64,000 bases of DNA from Orbicella franksi (Eukaryota): assembly GCA_964199315.1 (NCBI GenBank), contig OZ116706.1:9362001-9426000 (forward strand), read 5' to 3'. Below, piece by piece: positions 38,301-53,034 of this stretch. Under the pieces are notes generated by a model. It was not told the origin of the DNA and did not search any database. It worked only from the letters and a program-made list of their open reading frames with translations. Every line of letters starts with the position of its first letter. The first letter of the stretch is position 1. The translations under genes were made by a program, and so were the position numbers.

Positions 38301-39597
38301 AATATTCATTAACCGTAGGAGGGAAGTAAATATTTCGAACAGTGAGTTAGTTATTAAAAGTACTGATTTTACTTAACCTTCTTGATATGTAGTTTACTGC
38401 TAATAGTTTACTTTGCCAAGTTATGTTTACCATTTAAATTGGCATATTGATAACTGTAAGATATTTCTTTTCTTTTCATTTCGTCAACTTTGTGGATTTA
38501 TCTTATCATCTCATAAATCAGCCACCTTTTACTCGTCGAAAACAATCCCTTTGAAGATCTTAATTAATTTTGTTTCTTCCAATAACGATCTGAACAAGAA
38601 CACATGACGGTCATGGTTCATGATAAACAATTAACTTGCACAATGAAATCATTTTCTGGTTAAGCAATCATGGTCATTCTTCAATGAGGACACGATGCAA
38701 ACTCGAAGACGAGAAGATGGATTTCTTTCTTGTAAGCCATGGATAAAATCTGCCAATATTCAAGGTAGGTATAAAGCAAATTCCAGTTGTAGGCGTTTTA
38801 TTTCGTAACGATAAACGCCAGTATTCTAGGATAAACAAGTTGATTGTTCTGCTGAAATCAGACTATAATAACTTCCCTTTTGCAGTATCGTGATGAAACG
38901 TAAGGGTTCATGTAAAGCATTAGTCTACACACTGTTAACGAAATCGCCAGAAAGAAGTGATGATTTAGTTAAAATCATCGAGTAGTTAGCTTCGGCATGG
39001 TGCCAATCATAAGTTTGCAATTTACAATAGACCACTACTTGCGCCGAACCATTGTTCTGCTAAGAAGTTGAAGGTCTCGGCTTGATCCTTACTTACCCTC
39101 CACACTCGTCCCTGTTAAGTTATTCGGCTTTGGAGAACAATTTGATAAGAAGTCAACATCGTAAACCGACTTTTGTGAAATGGACGGCGTTTAGCCAGAA
39201 CAGGATATAAATGAAACTCAATCGAAAACGTAAATAATTAGAAAAGAGAAAGGGTCTTACGGGATGTCCAAATTGACAAACCATTTCTGGTGGTCTGAAA
39301 ATCAAGCTATTTGACTTAGTGTGAAAATGTGTACTGATAACTTCGCATTAAACTTAACTCACGGGACAAGTGTAATCAATATTTTCGCCCATTTAATTAA
39401 ATCTGCATATACGTTCCTTAGTCATTGTTTCAAATTGTGAACCTTCACTTGTCCGTCCGTCGGTTCGTTTGTGTGTTCTATCCTAGGGGGAGGAAACCTG
39501 GAATTCAATCTATAAGAGGGAACAGAAATAGGGAGGGTTGAGGAGGGGCTGCCTGATTAAAAAAAAGAAAAAAAAACAGATACTGCAATTAACAAAT

Positions 39598-39748
39598 AGA
39601 TTCCATGTTGCCGTGCCGTTCAGTAATAAATCATAATGAGGTCGAAATGTGGTAAGACCAAAACAGAGGCACACGAGCCGGTAGGCGAGTGTATCGCTGA
39701 ACTATTACTGATCTATTACTGAACAGACGCACGGTAACATGAAATCTA
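39598..39748. mobile_element. Short foldback MITE
   Basis: tagattccatgttgccgtgccgttcagtaataaatca pairs imperfectly with tgatctattactgaacagacgcacggtaacatgaaatcta. Confidence 0.7.
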
Positions 39749-39959
39749 ATTTTTTATATAATGATAAAGAAAGAAAAAAAAAAAACATGTTAATGACGTC
39801 ATCTATGCGTCTGTCCTCCAGAGCAGGGTTCTCTCTAGTTTCCAGCACAACAGGTAAGGAACCTTTTTCAAACCGGTAAAGCATTTGGTTAATGTTGGAC
39901 GTTCTGCAAAGGATAAGCGACAATTTGAACTTATGCACCACGTTGGTTGAGCTAACGTC

Positions 39960-41480
39960 AGCGCTGTCCCTCTAAGTATAAAAATGACCTTCACACAATC
40001 AAGTTTTCTTTTTTCTCTCTCTAGCCTTACTGCCTGCTTGTGTTCTTCTGAATTGCCATGCTCTGATATTGCGGCCTTCCTGTAACGTGTACCGGGCGCA
40101 GTGGCATATTTCACATTTTTGCCTGTTTTAATATGCTTTTTTTTTTACAAAGACAACAAAACATTCCGTCGCCCTCTTTACATGTAAATGTCAGCCACCG
40201 TACACTACTTTTACAGCAGAATACAATGTCATTATCGATCCAGTCATGCTTGAAAACATGGGGCTTTGATGGCAACTGCCTGCTTATTTCATTGGAAGAT
40301 AGCATCTTCGGCTGTATTTTGCACATAATATATGATGGTGTAAAACATGGGGTTGGCTACCAAAAGCGTCTTCAAGAATGCGTAAATGCTGCTTTTCTGA
40401 AATACGAGAGGGTTTAACTGTTTTTAATTGATGCTACTTCCAATGGCAATTTTGACGGTGTCGTCTCTTTGGGTGGTAATTGGTTGTTATCTTCCGGAGG
40501 TGATGCGCTGACTGACTCGGACGTTTCTACTGATTTATCGGTCGAGGGTGGTTCAGTTATCACTCGCTCTTCTGTTGATCGCAAAGGCACATTTGCAACT
40601 TCAGACGGCTGGTCATTCTCAACTTGGTCATTTCCTAAAACATATACAGTACATCGCACCTATCAAAAATTCTCCATCGAAAAATTCATGTGAACAATCC
40701 ACCTTTAGGTTCAGAGGTTGAATAAAACAAAGTAAAATTTTGTTTAAAAGCATTTTATTCTGACTGTGCCCTTTCCAAACTGCTTATAACGTAAAATGGT
40801 TCTTGTGATATCTTTGGCGTCACTTACATAGCATATCACTGGAAAATTCGCTAGGTTACGGTGTCCGCTTCGAATCGCATCGCTACGAAATCGCATCACT
40901 TCGAATTGCTGAATTCATGTTCCAATCATCTCAAATTCAGAACTTTTACGCTGTCAAAGGATTTCATTTTCAAGGCTTCTTTCAAACCATTGTCTGGAAT
41001 ACATTTCAAGTAGAATTTCACGATGAAGACTGGCTTTGTCCCCACATGTTCGCTATAAAGCCGGCAAATGTAGAGCTGTCAAGGCGGTTATTTCTGGCAA
41101 TCGGCTGTTTTTTCATCGCTAGTGCGTAAGTTTTGTTTTGTTTAGCCCTAAAATGATTGTAACGCTTACCTGCTACTCTTCGTGACTTCGTGACAACATT
41201 TGCACGTGCAGAGAACTGACGAATGTCATGAGGTTCAGTAGAAAGCCCGCGAAAAGTCACTCTTGCTTCGAAATTCGAAAGGTACTGGTCAGTGTTAACT
41301 AAATAAAGCACACGTAGATCTATAGCAATGCACTGTTTCTTTTTTCATCTATTACTTTCTTATCAGATTAGCTCACCGTAAATGCGTATTTTTTTAAGAC
41401 TTCTGAGCGTTTCCAGGCGGTAATAAGTGCTCTTACAAGCGGTAAATTTTACCGCTTACCGCCTGATAAGGCGAACCCTG
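39960..41480 (-). mobile_element. Decayed, 3'-truncated hAT-type transposon with N-terminal TTF/BED-like zinc finger (ZNF862-like)
   Basis: Minus-strand end CAGGGTTCGCC at 41480 with gcggtaa subterminal repeats. Frameshifted ORF pieces join to ...VFKHDWID...WLTF..KEGDGMFCCLCKKKHIKTGKNVKYATAPGTRYRKAAISEHGNSEEHKQAV (C-x2-C...H-x5-H). No catalytic DDE region; no convincing TSD. Confidence 0.62.
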
Positions 41481-41798
41481 CTCTTTAAGAGCCAATCAAA
41501 ATGCGAGACTAATTTGAATTATTACATAAATGCAAATAGTTATGGGAGTGGATACCCTGGCAAGCTACTCTTAGCCAACCGGTTCGTTAAGAGCAGCTTC
41601 CGAAGGGTTTTCTTGTCCATTCTGGTAAACTTTCGTTCTCACAGTTTTCGCTCGTTTCACTTCCTCCTGACCTGAAAATCTTCCCCTAGCTCTCCGAGGA
41701 CGGAATTATCCCGGACGGACTTCTGACTAGCCAACTGACTACCCCTTCCTTCCCCACCCCAAATATGCAACAACATGGCGGACCAAAAGACTGTTTCA

Positions 41799-41831
<33 letters not shown>

Positions 41832-42912
41832 AACGAAACAAACGAAGGAAACTGAATGAGCAATTTTATTCATTTCTTTTGTTTGTGCCTCGAGGCCTCG
41901 TTATCCAGTTTGCTTGCTGACTCGTCTCCAGCCCTCTCTTATGTCTCTGTAAATGTTAAGCGAGGACTCCCGTTGTCCCTTTCGTTGCGTGCCAGTCTCT
42001 CTCGTGCTTCTCCCATAAATAGCGACAAATAAGAACAGTCTTGGCCGGGACAATTCAGACTTTGCGTCCTGCGACCTTTATGCATTAGGCGATTCAGTTA
42101 AAGGGTTTGGGTACTTAAAAATTTGGACTTCTAAATTTCTCATAGTTTCACCAGTACAATCAATACCACGGGACCATCTCCCTTTGTAGACCGCGCGCGA
42201 TCTATTAATGCTTTGTCCTCAAGGTTGGAAATGAATCTGGAATCTTTTCACCGGATCGCTGTAGGCGTAATGATTCAATAGTAGGTTTGAAAAAAAATTC
42301 AACTCCAAGATAGCTCAATTGAGTACAAACCGTTTGATTTCTTTTTTTTTTTTTTTTCTTTTAACGTTTTTCAACCATCATTCAGCTTTCTAAACACTTC
42401 TTTTAACTTTCATTAGTTTCGAAATTTTTTGCTTTGAGCGTTGACATCAGTGACACTTTATTCCACGATTTCCATGGGATTCTTCACCTTATTCTTATTT
42501 CTTTCCTAATTGGACCGTTCCGAGTCATGGAAATTCGTGCTGCATTTACCGTTTTCGTTTGCACCAGTTAGGAGCGTTTCAGTTTTCGCGGCTTCGCGCC
42601 TCAACCAACATCAACGGGTTAACTTCGAATGCAGGAACATATTCTTCCCAAACGTTGATTCCCGACCAAAATAAATTTACGGCACTTTTAGGGTAAATGA
42701 TAAAACCCTTTCATTCTAAAAAGCTTGCGCGACAATTTAATCAGCCATTTCTCAAATTTTTTGGCTAACAATTCTTGTTATATTGAATTTACATTACTCC
42801 TATTTTAGGTCTCAACAAGAACAGTTTTGAACGCTGTTAGTTTGCTTAAGGACGTTGTTTCCGTAAATGCAACTGTGCAGCCTTACAGCCATCAGCCATA
42901 ACCAGCACACTG

Positions 42913-42940
42913 GTTTTGTTTTGTTTTGTTTTGTTTTGTT
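42913..42940. repeat. (GTTTT)n microsatellite
   Basis: gttttgttttgttttgttttgttttgtt. Confidence 0.85.
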
Positions 42941-43395
42941 CTTTTTTAAGCTTTGTTAAAAATAATCCAGCTAGAGAAAATTTAGTCAAGTGAAGTTTAA
43001 ATTTACGAGCACTTGAACTTGCGGTTTTTTAAATGAAATGCTAAATTCGCTTAATTGAATAGCCACTAAAAATAGTTAGTCTCTAAATGTAGCGTAAAAG
43101 CCTCGACGAGGAGAAGTAATCGATTGTCTGTGCAATTATCGGTTACTTTCAAAGTTCCCTTTAAAACAACAATGAGGGTGAAGTAAAACTGAAGTTAAGT
43201 TAACACGACCGTCGTACAAAGTTATCCAACCATACAAATCTTCTTTAAAATGGTTTCACTTTATTCGTACTCTTTTAGTAAAGCCACAGATTATATTAGT
43301 GCATGGATCCGCTCCTGAAAAGTAAAATGAAAGTTCTTTCGGTTACAATGGAGGGTCGCCGTACATGGTTTACGCGGTATCCACTGAGGAAAGAG

Positions 43396-43441
43396 AATAA
43401 TGATAATAGTAATAATAACAATAATAATAATAATAATAATA
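43396..43441. repeat. (AAT)n imperfect microsatellite
   Basis: aataatgataatagtaataataacaataataataataataataata. Confidence 0.85.
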
Positions 43442-46400
43442 AAAAGCGAATGAAATTATGATCATGAAAAGTAATGTAAAATACAAAATAATTAGCGAAA
43501 ATATCATGAAATACAAGGAAGAGCCTATTATAATTTCGCTATCAGCCGGAATGACTGAACCGGCAGATTTTCCTCACTCCACTTTTATTGCCAAGAGAGA
43601 AGTCCAACGTAACTCAGTAAATTTCTTCGTGTACTAGAGAGGAAATTAATGTATCTTTCCAAGCGAAAGAAAACTTGGCAATACACAATACACAAGATTT
43701 AGCGAGAATATTATCACTTGGGATTTTTGAATCACTAATGCTAGCAGATTTTATTCACTCCGAAGTTACTGTACAGAGAAATATCCACCCACTTTATTTC
43801 ATTGGTGTGCTCTTCGAAAAAGGGAAGTAAAATATATTTTAAAGCGAATGAAAACACAGTAAGAAAAGGATAAAGTACATTTTCATATGTATCAATTAAA
43901 CCAGGCAGATAAACAAGAATTAGCGAGAATATTTGAAACGAAAATTTGTAATTAACAGCTCATCATAATTTCCTTGAAAGTGATTCTTCTTCCGTACATT
44001 TGTCACCCAACGGAGTTTTACCTTACTCAGTTTTCTTGTGTCCAAAAGGAAAATATAGCATAATTTTAAGACCAGCCAGTATAGTCATTAAAGACGTTCG
44101 AGGTACATTTATAATATTTATTTATTAAGACATGCATGCAAAATACACAGAAATTAACGCGTGAAAATATTTAGACTTTCAAAGAGTCTGTTCTAACATT
44201 CTTTTCATTTCATTTTTATTCAATAACTTGATTAAGCGTCCAAGGTCGACCTGGGGCAAGTCTGAAGAGCATTATCAAATGGGATATTTTTTGAGGGCTT
44301 TAAGTAACAGCTCAATGTGCGCGGCAGTACCTGGCAAATTGTCTTCACTCCAATATTTTTACATCATGCAGAGAAAGACATTATTTATAGTACAGGGCAG
44401 AGCTCTTGCCGGCGGGTAGTATCGACGAACTATATGGCTCTCTGCTTGCAATTGCCATCGGCCGTAAAATGTCTTGTAACAAAGAAAACAGCATCAACGT
44501 TGATAATTATCACAACAGGAATTATATCCAAATAGGCGATATTTTTAAAGATATTTCAAGAGTGTAATAACAAGGAGCAGGTTCTCTTAGATGAAAAGTC
44601 GAGATAACATGCGTTATATTTACAGCTTGCATGAAGGCTAAACATCGATCTCACTGCTAAGCAGGAAAAAGTGTACAAGGCTTTGACTGCACTCGCTTGC
44701 TTTACGTTCGATCAAACACGACAAAAAATGGTCTCTCATTAGCACACCAGATCAACACATACACTGTAGTTTACAAAAGAATGGAAATTACCAAAAAAAA
44801 GTCAACAAACGTGACCGGGAGTAGAATGACGGAAATTGCTCTCCATTATATGTGACATGTTTTACTCATTTTCAATTTCTTCAAACCAGAAAGTGTCATA
44901 CATAAATAGCGTTTGATTGAAACATACATAAATTGTTAATTATTCTAAGGCTTCCGTCCAATGTCGGCTTAAACCTTTGCTGAATGATAGATTGAGTCTC
45001 GTTTTTCTTGAGTTTTCCAAACAACGTCCGTGCGACTTTTAATGTTGGCATCACCTGGTTATGATTTTAATTACTTTGTTCAATGAAAACCGATATTTAT
45101 TCCATGTCTGGGGTTCGAAAGACTTAAAAGTCTTCAAAAGTGATATTCAATTTACCCAGCATTAATCACTTTCTAATTGTTATTGGGCTATTTAGTTAAA
45201 ACAAGTTCTCATTGTCCTGCAACGTGCGGACAAGGAGGACAATGGGCAGCTATCTTAAAGATATTATCTGTAGAGTGCACTGGTGTCAGAAAAGAGCCGT
45301 TTTATCTCGATTTAGAGCCACAAAGTATACAAACACTGTTTGTGATGCAAATTTCTTTCTAAAAGCTTTGACCAAAATGTAAGCTCGATTTTTTTTTCTT
45401 TTTCTTTTTTTTTTTTTTTTGGAGTTCATGGTTGAGAAATTTGACTTCACACACAAACAAAAGTTTTTTTTGAAGTCAGTTCCATAGTAAATCGTTAGAC
45501 CTGACCTATTCCGAGATTCCAGACGCCGACAGCTAGTTGCACGAGTCCCCGATGTCTCAAATCGAGTACAGCATACTCCTCAAGCCTCATTCGTCCCGGT
45601 ACTTCGGACTTTTTTCTAACACGCATAAAAACATCTTTCTCAAACATAATTTCACAGGCTCGATGTATCTTTAGATCTTTGGTCGCTAGAGCAGACAAAA
45701 ACCACAACAAAATGATCCTGGGAGAATGCTGTTAACTAAATCACTTACAGTAAAAAAAAATCTACAAGATTATTCATTGGCGAAGACCACTGCTGTAGAT
45801 GTTTAGGATCTTATACATCCTTGGCTAGAAACTCTTTGGAGCTTTAAAAAACAACTGAGCTTTGGATTTCAGGTTCTAACTCCAGGTTCTCAGGTTGACG
45901 AGTCAAAAACGGTGCATCACGGATCATACATTACAATGTGGGCATGAACAAGCTCAAAAACGTCTCCTACTCTAGTAAAAGCTGCTATAATATCCATTCT
46001 TCAATTCTCAGAAACTTAACATAAACATTGTAGAAAGAAGTGAAACAGAAAAATGCCAATCGTAAAGTGCAGCACACAGCCGGACAATCGAATGGGAAAT
46101 TATCACCACCGTGCTATTTTTGTACGCAGTTGCTCAAATTTCACCCAAGTGACACCTGCAGAAATTGTAGCACGTTAAATTGAGTGGGTAGCGTTCATAG
46201 TAAGTAGAAAATGAAATAATTTCAGGTAGGAAAATGTATCGTCATTTACAACAAAAAAAGACTCTTTTATATAAAGAAATGAGCGTCATGATAACCTTAT
46301 GTTATTTTAACAAAAAGACCTGGATATTACAAAAGTGAATTAAAAGCAGAAATATACAGAACTTAACACGCCATTTTATTTCTTTGTCGCCACTGAAATG

Positions 46401-49400
46401 AAAATGATAATGAAATCGGTAATGTACCGCAAAAGCTCTGTTTAAAAACAGACTCAACAATCAAGGTTCGATAAACGATGTTTTCATGTTGGTCATGCTA
46501 GAATATGACAGGGGATTTCACTTCAATATTTTCTCACAAGTAAATCGAATCAATCTGTATGATTTTCGGACTAAGTTCAGTTAAGTCGTCCTAATTTCTA
46601 TCAAACGGCCCTTTTTGAGAATGACGTTACAAAGATAGCTCAATGGCAACCGGTTAAATATTACATTTAAATTTAATCTATAATTTTAATAGTATTGGTA
46701 CTTTTTCCTAGACGCGAAGCAAAAGTCTCTACACAACTGCCAATGCGCAAGGTGCGTAAAATCGAAATTAAAGAAAGTATCATACATACTCTGGTTTGAA
46801 CGTGAGTTACTGTACCTCTTGCCTAGTCTGGACGACGAAAACACGAAGGAACATCTTGCGAATCACTCAACGCAAAAACGTTTTAGGAATACGTGAGGCA
46901 GCGACGTACAATTTGGGCGAATGACAGGTAATTGTCAAAGTCCGTGATACAAACTGAATGTATCAAAAAAAAAAAAAAATGAAAGAGTTCACAGCTTTGT
47001 TAAAGGCTTAGCTATTCTTCTCAGGTTGCAAAAAGAGCTTTAAAGTTGAATCAAAGTGTCGCGGCCACCAGGTCAACTTTTGTGCTGTTGGAAGCCAAGA
47101 ATTTCAATAGCAATATGCAGAAGGTACGGCAAAACTGTTCAGACTAAACGGCGATCTTTCTCTTTTTAGCAGGGAATATCACTGATTTCTTAAGTTGTGC
47201 TGTTCGTTTACAGCGGGTACAGATTAGGAAATAGGAATACGTCTGAAAACCTACATAGTTTTATTTACATTGAAAAAAATTGTTACAAGGTAAAGGCAAA
47301 ACTGAACAGTCGATGTTAACTAAAACTGTAATTAAAAAAACGGGCGTTGATTGGGAAAAAAGCTACTTAAATGCTATACATAATGAGAAAAGTACCAAAA
47401 CATTGAATTTTAGACGATGAGATGACGGGCTCTGGGAACACGTCACCTGGAATGCTTAGAAGATAAAAAACAAATTCGAGTTTGTTTGCTCAAGTTAGAT
47501 AAAATTGACTTAGTAAGCGGAATAAAATCTGTCCGAGTTGTTATTTTTTCACTGAACTTCCCTTTCAAACGCATATATTGGTTGTGAAATTATTTACGTT
47601 TGAACAGAAAAAAAAGTGTATGCTTTTACGCTTATGATTATGGCGTGAATCAAAACAAGCACGTTTATGCCATAAGATGACTTACTATGTCAGGTAACAA
47701 AGTTAAACTTCCATGTTTTCAGACGTTTTGTTGGCCCGTGTCTTTACGCTAAGTCAATAACTGTTACAAGAGATTGTGATAATTTTGACGGTTGTATTGA
47801 AAGACGACCTCTTTTGTTTCCGCAACCAGTATTGTTTCCCGGTCTAATAATCTCCGCTAACTACCCGCAGAAAACGAAGGAATATTACTTAACTAAAGGG
47901 ATTAACACTACGAAGCCGCAAAATATAGGAAACGACTTGACAAACGGTATTCTGCGCGTTTGAATACCGTTCCCAATAATAAAAGACGCTTAAAATTTTA
48001 CTCGCAAGTCGTATTCACTGTACCGCAGCATATAACCTGAGTGACTGAAGAACTTTCTTATTTTAAAACTGGGAAAATGTGTTTTCCCCGACCGGTTTGG
48101 TTTGTTGGTTTTACAGGTGAAGTGAAAAGATAGGAACGATATGTATCCTTGAACTAATAAAGTAGTGTTCGTAACCTCTTTGAAGTCTAATGAATCAGGG
48201 CTTTTAATAGTTCTGGTTACACATCTTGGCAAAACACAAACGCCGCGATTTTCAGTTCAAAAACATCTCTCAGCTTTCAAAACAAGCAGGCATTCACGTC
48301 CTTCAGAGGCTCAATCCATTGCCAAATTAAAAGAGCCCAGTGACGCATGAGGGAAAAATCTGCTGCAATTCGTTTTGAGTCGCTTAAAACCGTCTTCTTC
48401 TTATCGCAACTTAAAGCTTCTTCCCATCATCATTAATGAGGAAATCAGAAAGAACATGCTAAGTGTCCCGCCGTTGTTTTCTATGCAAGAGGCGTTGCGA
48501 GTCCTCGTGATATTCCCATGAGCCCAATGTTATCTTCAGTAATTTAGGGAAAAGGCATACAAATCTTTTGAAAAAGGTTGAGTTGCGGGAAAGCCCTCGC
48601 ACTTGAACTGATATTGCTAAGCCATTTTCCAAAGATGAAATAAGAAACTGATAATCTATGTGTGAGATACTTCTTTTTTTGGTAACTACGCGTTATGCCC
48701 AGTATCATTCACTAATATAACCATCTTTTCAAAATAGGACAATTTAAGATTAAGACGCAATCATAGGGCACTCTTGAACTCGTTCGTAATTTCTGCTTGT
48801 TTCAAGAATTTTAAGTTCGATTGACTTCATAGCTACATACGTAATTTGGTGTTTGCAAAAATTGACAGTTTGGACAAACAGCCTCATATTTGTAGTTGTA
48901 TTATTCTTCGCTATACTTTCACAATTTTAAAAGTGAGTGTACAAACTGACCCATACGGAATATACTACGCTTTAACGAATTTTTAAAACGGTAGTTTCTC
49001 TGGTTGCATTCTTCCAATGTTATACTTCAAGGATTTAAAAAAAGCTGACATCAGATTTATATTCAGTCCAGATGTAATCTAGGCAGATAATGAATATATT
49101 TTTCTTCCAGAAAAAAGCGACCTTCAGGTAAACTTTAAGCCGGTATTCACTAGTTTTCAAATAGGCAGATTATAAAGCGCAAAATCATAAAAGCTCGATG
49201 AAAACATGAGCACAAAATTCGTTTCGGAAATACCGAATTTCTGCTCTGTTTTAAGGCAAAATCTCCAAGCCACGTAAATACGTCTCGACACCAAACTCTA
49301 CGAAAACGAAATAAAAATAATAAATTTAGTTAAGATATTAGAAGTCAATAAAGGTTCCAAAGCAACCTCCAGTACTGAGTGGCATGAATAATCAATAGCA

Positions 49401-52400
49401 GATAAGAACGATACCCAAACGGTTAGAATGTTTCTTCCGCATAGAACATGAAACATTGAAAGGAGGATTGAAAGAAATATTATATTATTGACAGAGTGGA
49501 ACACTAAGGAACCCTAATTTATTGCGTTTTACCCGGACTGTCTGAGTTCTGTCCATAGATCTGATCTAGCTTATCTAACCTTTGTTTTAGAACGATGCCG
49601 TACAATGCAAATAATATAGATTAGAAAATAATACAACTGGCCTATGCACAGTTGAAGATGGATGCAAGAACAACGCAATATCACAGAACCTAATAGATCT
49701 CAAACCTTTGCGATATTTCCGAGCGAGCAGCGAGAAACACGTTTCTCTTGCGTACGTTCACTCGGTTTGTATTGTACGTTTCAAGTGTCTATTTGTTACT
49801 TCACTGTAAAGGGGGAGGGGACGAAGCAAAGGCCTTGCGCAAGAGCGTTTTAAGTTTACTTTTTTCACTTGCACTTTGATAGGAAATGAACTCCTCTCTC
49901 GGTCAAATAACACTTCTCAGTTCCATGGGATATCAACAGATTTCCAAGCTACGAATTCATTAACACCATACACACACGCCCCTGAGATTGAGAAATTAAG
50001 TTCGTTGGCGGAAATGAAGTATAAATCCCCCTTAATTGCTCTTTACATTTCACGTATCCCTCATCAATGAAGATTGTTCTCTTTGATAGATCATATTTCG
50101 GAATGGAAATTGAAAATCCAATTTCCGACTTTCTGATGGGAGAAAATGTGCTAATGGATTTCTGAAACAAATATCTTTCTCCTGGGAATTTAATGATGCC
50201 AAGGATAAACCAAAATTAATTTTCCAAATCTGATCCGCCCAAGCTTAATATTCATTCACTCAACTGAAGAATCGTTCAAGTTTTGGTATTTGCTAAGCAA
50301 AATCATTTACGGAAAACCAAGAGGAAAAGAGGAATTTGAACTTTTCTAGCCGTGTTCATCGACAGTCCTTCCACAACAATTAAAAAGATAGCAATGGCAA
50401 AAACGTAGCGTGTTAAGTAATTAGGACCTAACGACTTTTACTAGGCCATTTTCATTTAAACGTTAACATTTTCATCACTAAATTATATTTCACTATAAAA
50501 TGGTTCAAGACAGTTCTGTCTGTTTTATTTTTATTTTACCTTTCTTTTAATTTATTTATCGAAGTAATGCCTATCTTTAAAAAGGTACAAGAATTCGTTA
50601 TGTTGTAAACGAGTTACGTATAGGAAAAAGATTGTGCCGTTTTAACAACCTATATTCCATCGACATTTTACAGCTTCATTAATACCGAAATAAGCTAGAT
50701 GTATTTTCACTGTAAAAGTTTTATATTCACCTAGCACGACACGCTGCTTCATGACAAACGCGACGAGACGCGCATGCGCAAATGCATCGCTAGTTTTGGG
50801 TTTATTCGTGCTGCATCTGGTGTGCTCATTTGTCGTCCCACACATTACCCTTAAACCGTCAAAACATCCAAAGATAACAACACCTATCCTCCCCATCAAA
50901 CTGTGTCAAATACCAGGGTGAAGATAACAGAAGAAAAAACATTGATAAGAAAATGCAGTTTTGTTATGTCGTTAAACTTGCAAAACCGGATCAAAGGAAG
51001 GAGAAGTTTCGGAGATGTGCTTTTATAATACGTGCATGCATATGTAACGTGCGATGCCAAAACAAAAATAACAAATCGGTCTCGCTTTTGTCCGCTTTCG
51101 GAAATGAAACGGCTTACGTGATACATTTAAATGCGACACGATTCACATTAAAAAAATCCTCCGTCTTTGGCATTTGGGAACACAAGTATTACCGCTCAAT
51201 GAAATATTTCGCCGTCTTTAATTTCTCGAGAACAATTCTGTTTTGACAATGTTGTACTCAAAATTAAACTTTTATTCATCCGTTTACCGACATAAAAAAA
51301 TATTGCGTTGATGGGAGCGAAATCTAAAATGCAGCAATTTCCGGCGGTTAAGGACCCGATGTGAGTTTGACCAATGTGAATCAAATCAAAGGTCGATCAC
51401 AAGGAAGTTTTTAATTTCGTGTTGGACAGATAAATTGGTAATTTTGCTGGACGGATACGTGCTGTGCCGAGAAGGGATTGTAGCTTGATAAATAGATTAA
51501 CAGTAGTTAATTACTTTTTATTATGTAGCAATCAGATAATTTACCATAGTGGCAAGGGGCTCAACAAAGGATTTTTAAGAATTTCGAGATTGAGTAACAA
51601 TTTCGAGATTTCGCTGCCGTCTGTAAAGCAAACAACGCAATTTACCACGGAAAAATTAATTTTTGAGAGTTGAATGATCATTTGGCATTTTAATGAGAAA
51701 CTCCCCCAAAGAAAATGTTTTCTTCTTAGAAGGGGTATGCCATGCATGCAAATGTTGTTTCATCACGGTAAAAATTTTCTCAGAGTTTTTCTATTTTTCT
51801 ATTTTTTTTCACATGTATCAAGATGAAAAAAAGATAAGATATCAGCTCATTTGTTATTTAGAAAAGGTATTTTTCTGCCTTATCTGCCATAAAGACAAAC
51901 TGCTTTTTTTTGCTAGTGTGAATGAATTTTATTTTTTTTGGATCTGATTATTTTTTGTTTAAACAGGTTCGGTTCAAAAACACTGTTGAATAAATGATCA
52001 ACGAAGAAAATAGAAAATACCATTATTTTGACTAGAAAAAAATGGGTGACATATTGTATCCAATTTGAATTGCACAAACAAAATTGAGTTAACATTTGGC
52101 CCATCTTTTCATTAGGCAGTAACGAGTGTTAAGGGGATTTCAAAGCTTCTATTCGCACTTCCATCAAATTAATTACATGGCTTTGAGTCGGTACATCAAA
52201 CTATAATTCTATGCTCACATTATTGAGTCGAAGTATGCATTTTCTCTTGTTCGCCTTCACAAAACAAGTCTGTCTTGTGTTCCTTGCATAATAAATGAAG
52301 GTGATGGCCTACCCTGAGAAAAAAGAGTATCTACTCGGCTCGCTCTGTTTTGATCTTTTGCTCTTTCATCTGGCGTGGAAAACTAAAATCTGCAGCAGAT

Positions 52401-53027
52401 GATAGCATTTCTCCCATAAAAGAAAAGTTAATATAGAAAATTACATAAAACGCCTAAATCTTTTGTGCCAACAATAAAGGAGTAAAGGTGCTGTTTATAT
52501 TCAATACATCATCCAGAAAATGGTACATTTCGTTCAAGTGCAGAAAGCCGAATCACACGTCGAGCGTAAGGTACGCTAACAACAATCGCTTGGACAGCAA
52601 GCTGTGACAGAGGCTGCCACCAAGGGCAAGATAGACGATCTAGGTGGCAGTATAAGACACGAAACCGGCGAAAGGGGGTGTGAAATTTAGGGGTGTATCA
52701 GAAATTGGTACAGGAGGGGTAATTAGATTAAGGCAGACCTACCTTGAGCCTCACGTGGGTTGAACAATTTAGCCACCATCTGTTGACTATTTAGTATTCT
52801 ATTAGCCATAAACGACAGATGGCAAGTGCATGCTTGAATCCCATGTGAAAGTGTCCACAAAGACGAGCGCTGCGGTTCGGTACGATTTTGTTGTATTCTC
52901 TCCACTTGGCCCCATTGCTTAGCCTTGATTTGCAATGTGTCTCTATTAACAACCTAAATACACAGCTGTGGTGCTGAGAGAAAAAAATGCTGCTGATTTA
53001 ATTTGATTTTAAAAAGATTTAAATGGG

Positions 53028-53034
53028 TATAAAT
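53028..53034 (+). promoter_or_regulatory. Candidate TATA box for PaxC
   Basis: TATAAAT about 280 bp upstream of the predicted ATG at 53307. An alternative TATAAG lies at 52651. Confidence 0.3.

Noticed and set aside
39824-41480. CAGGGTTC at 39824 as the second TIR of the hAT remnant
   Set aside because: Only 8 bp match, and the flanks (ctccagag / ctctttaa) do not form a TSD, so the element boundary remains undefined.
50499-50515. atggttcaagacag resembling a decayed WFKNR exon of a fifth Dmbx gene
   Set aside because: No AG acceptor, no NRRAK continuation and no partner exons nearby; best explained as chance.
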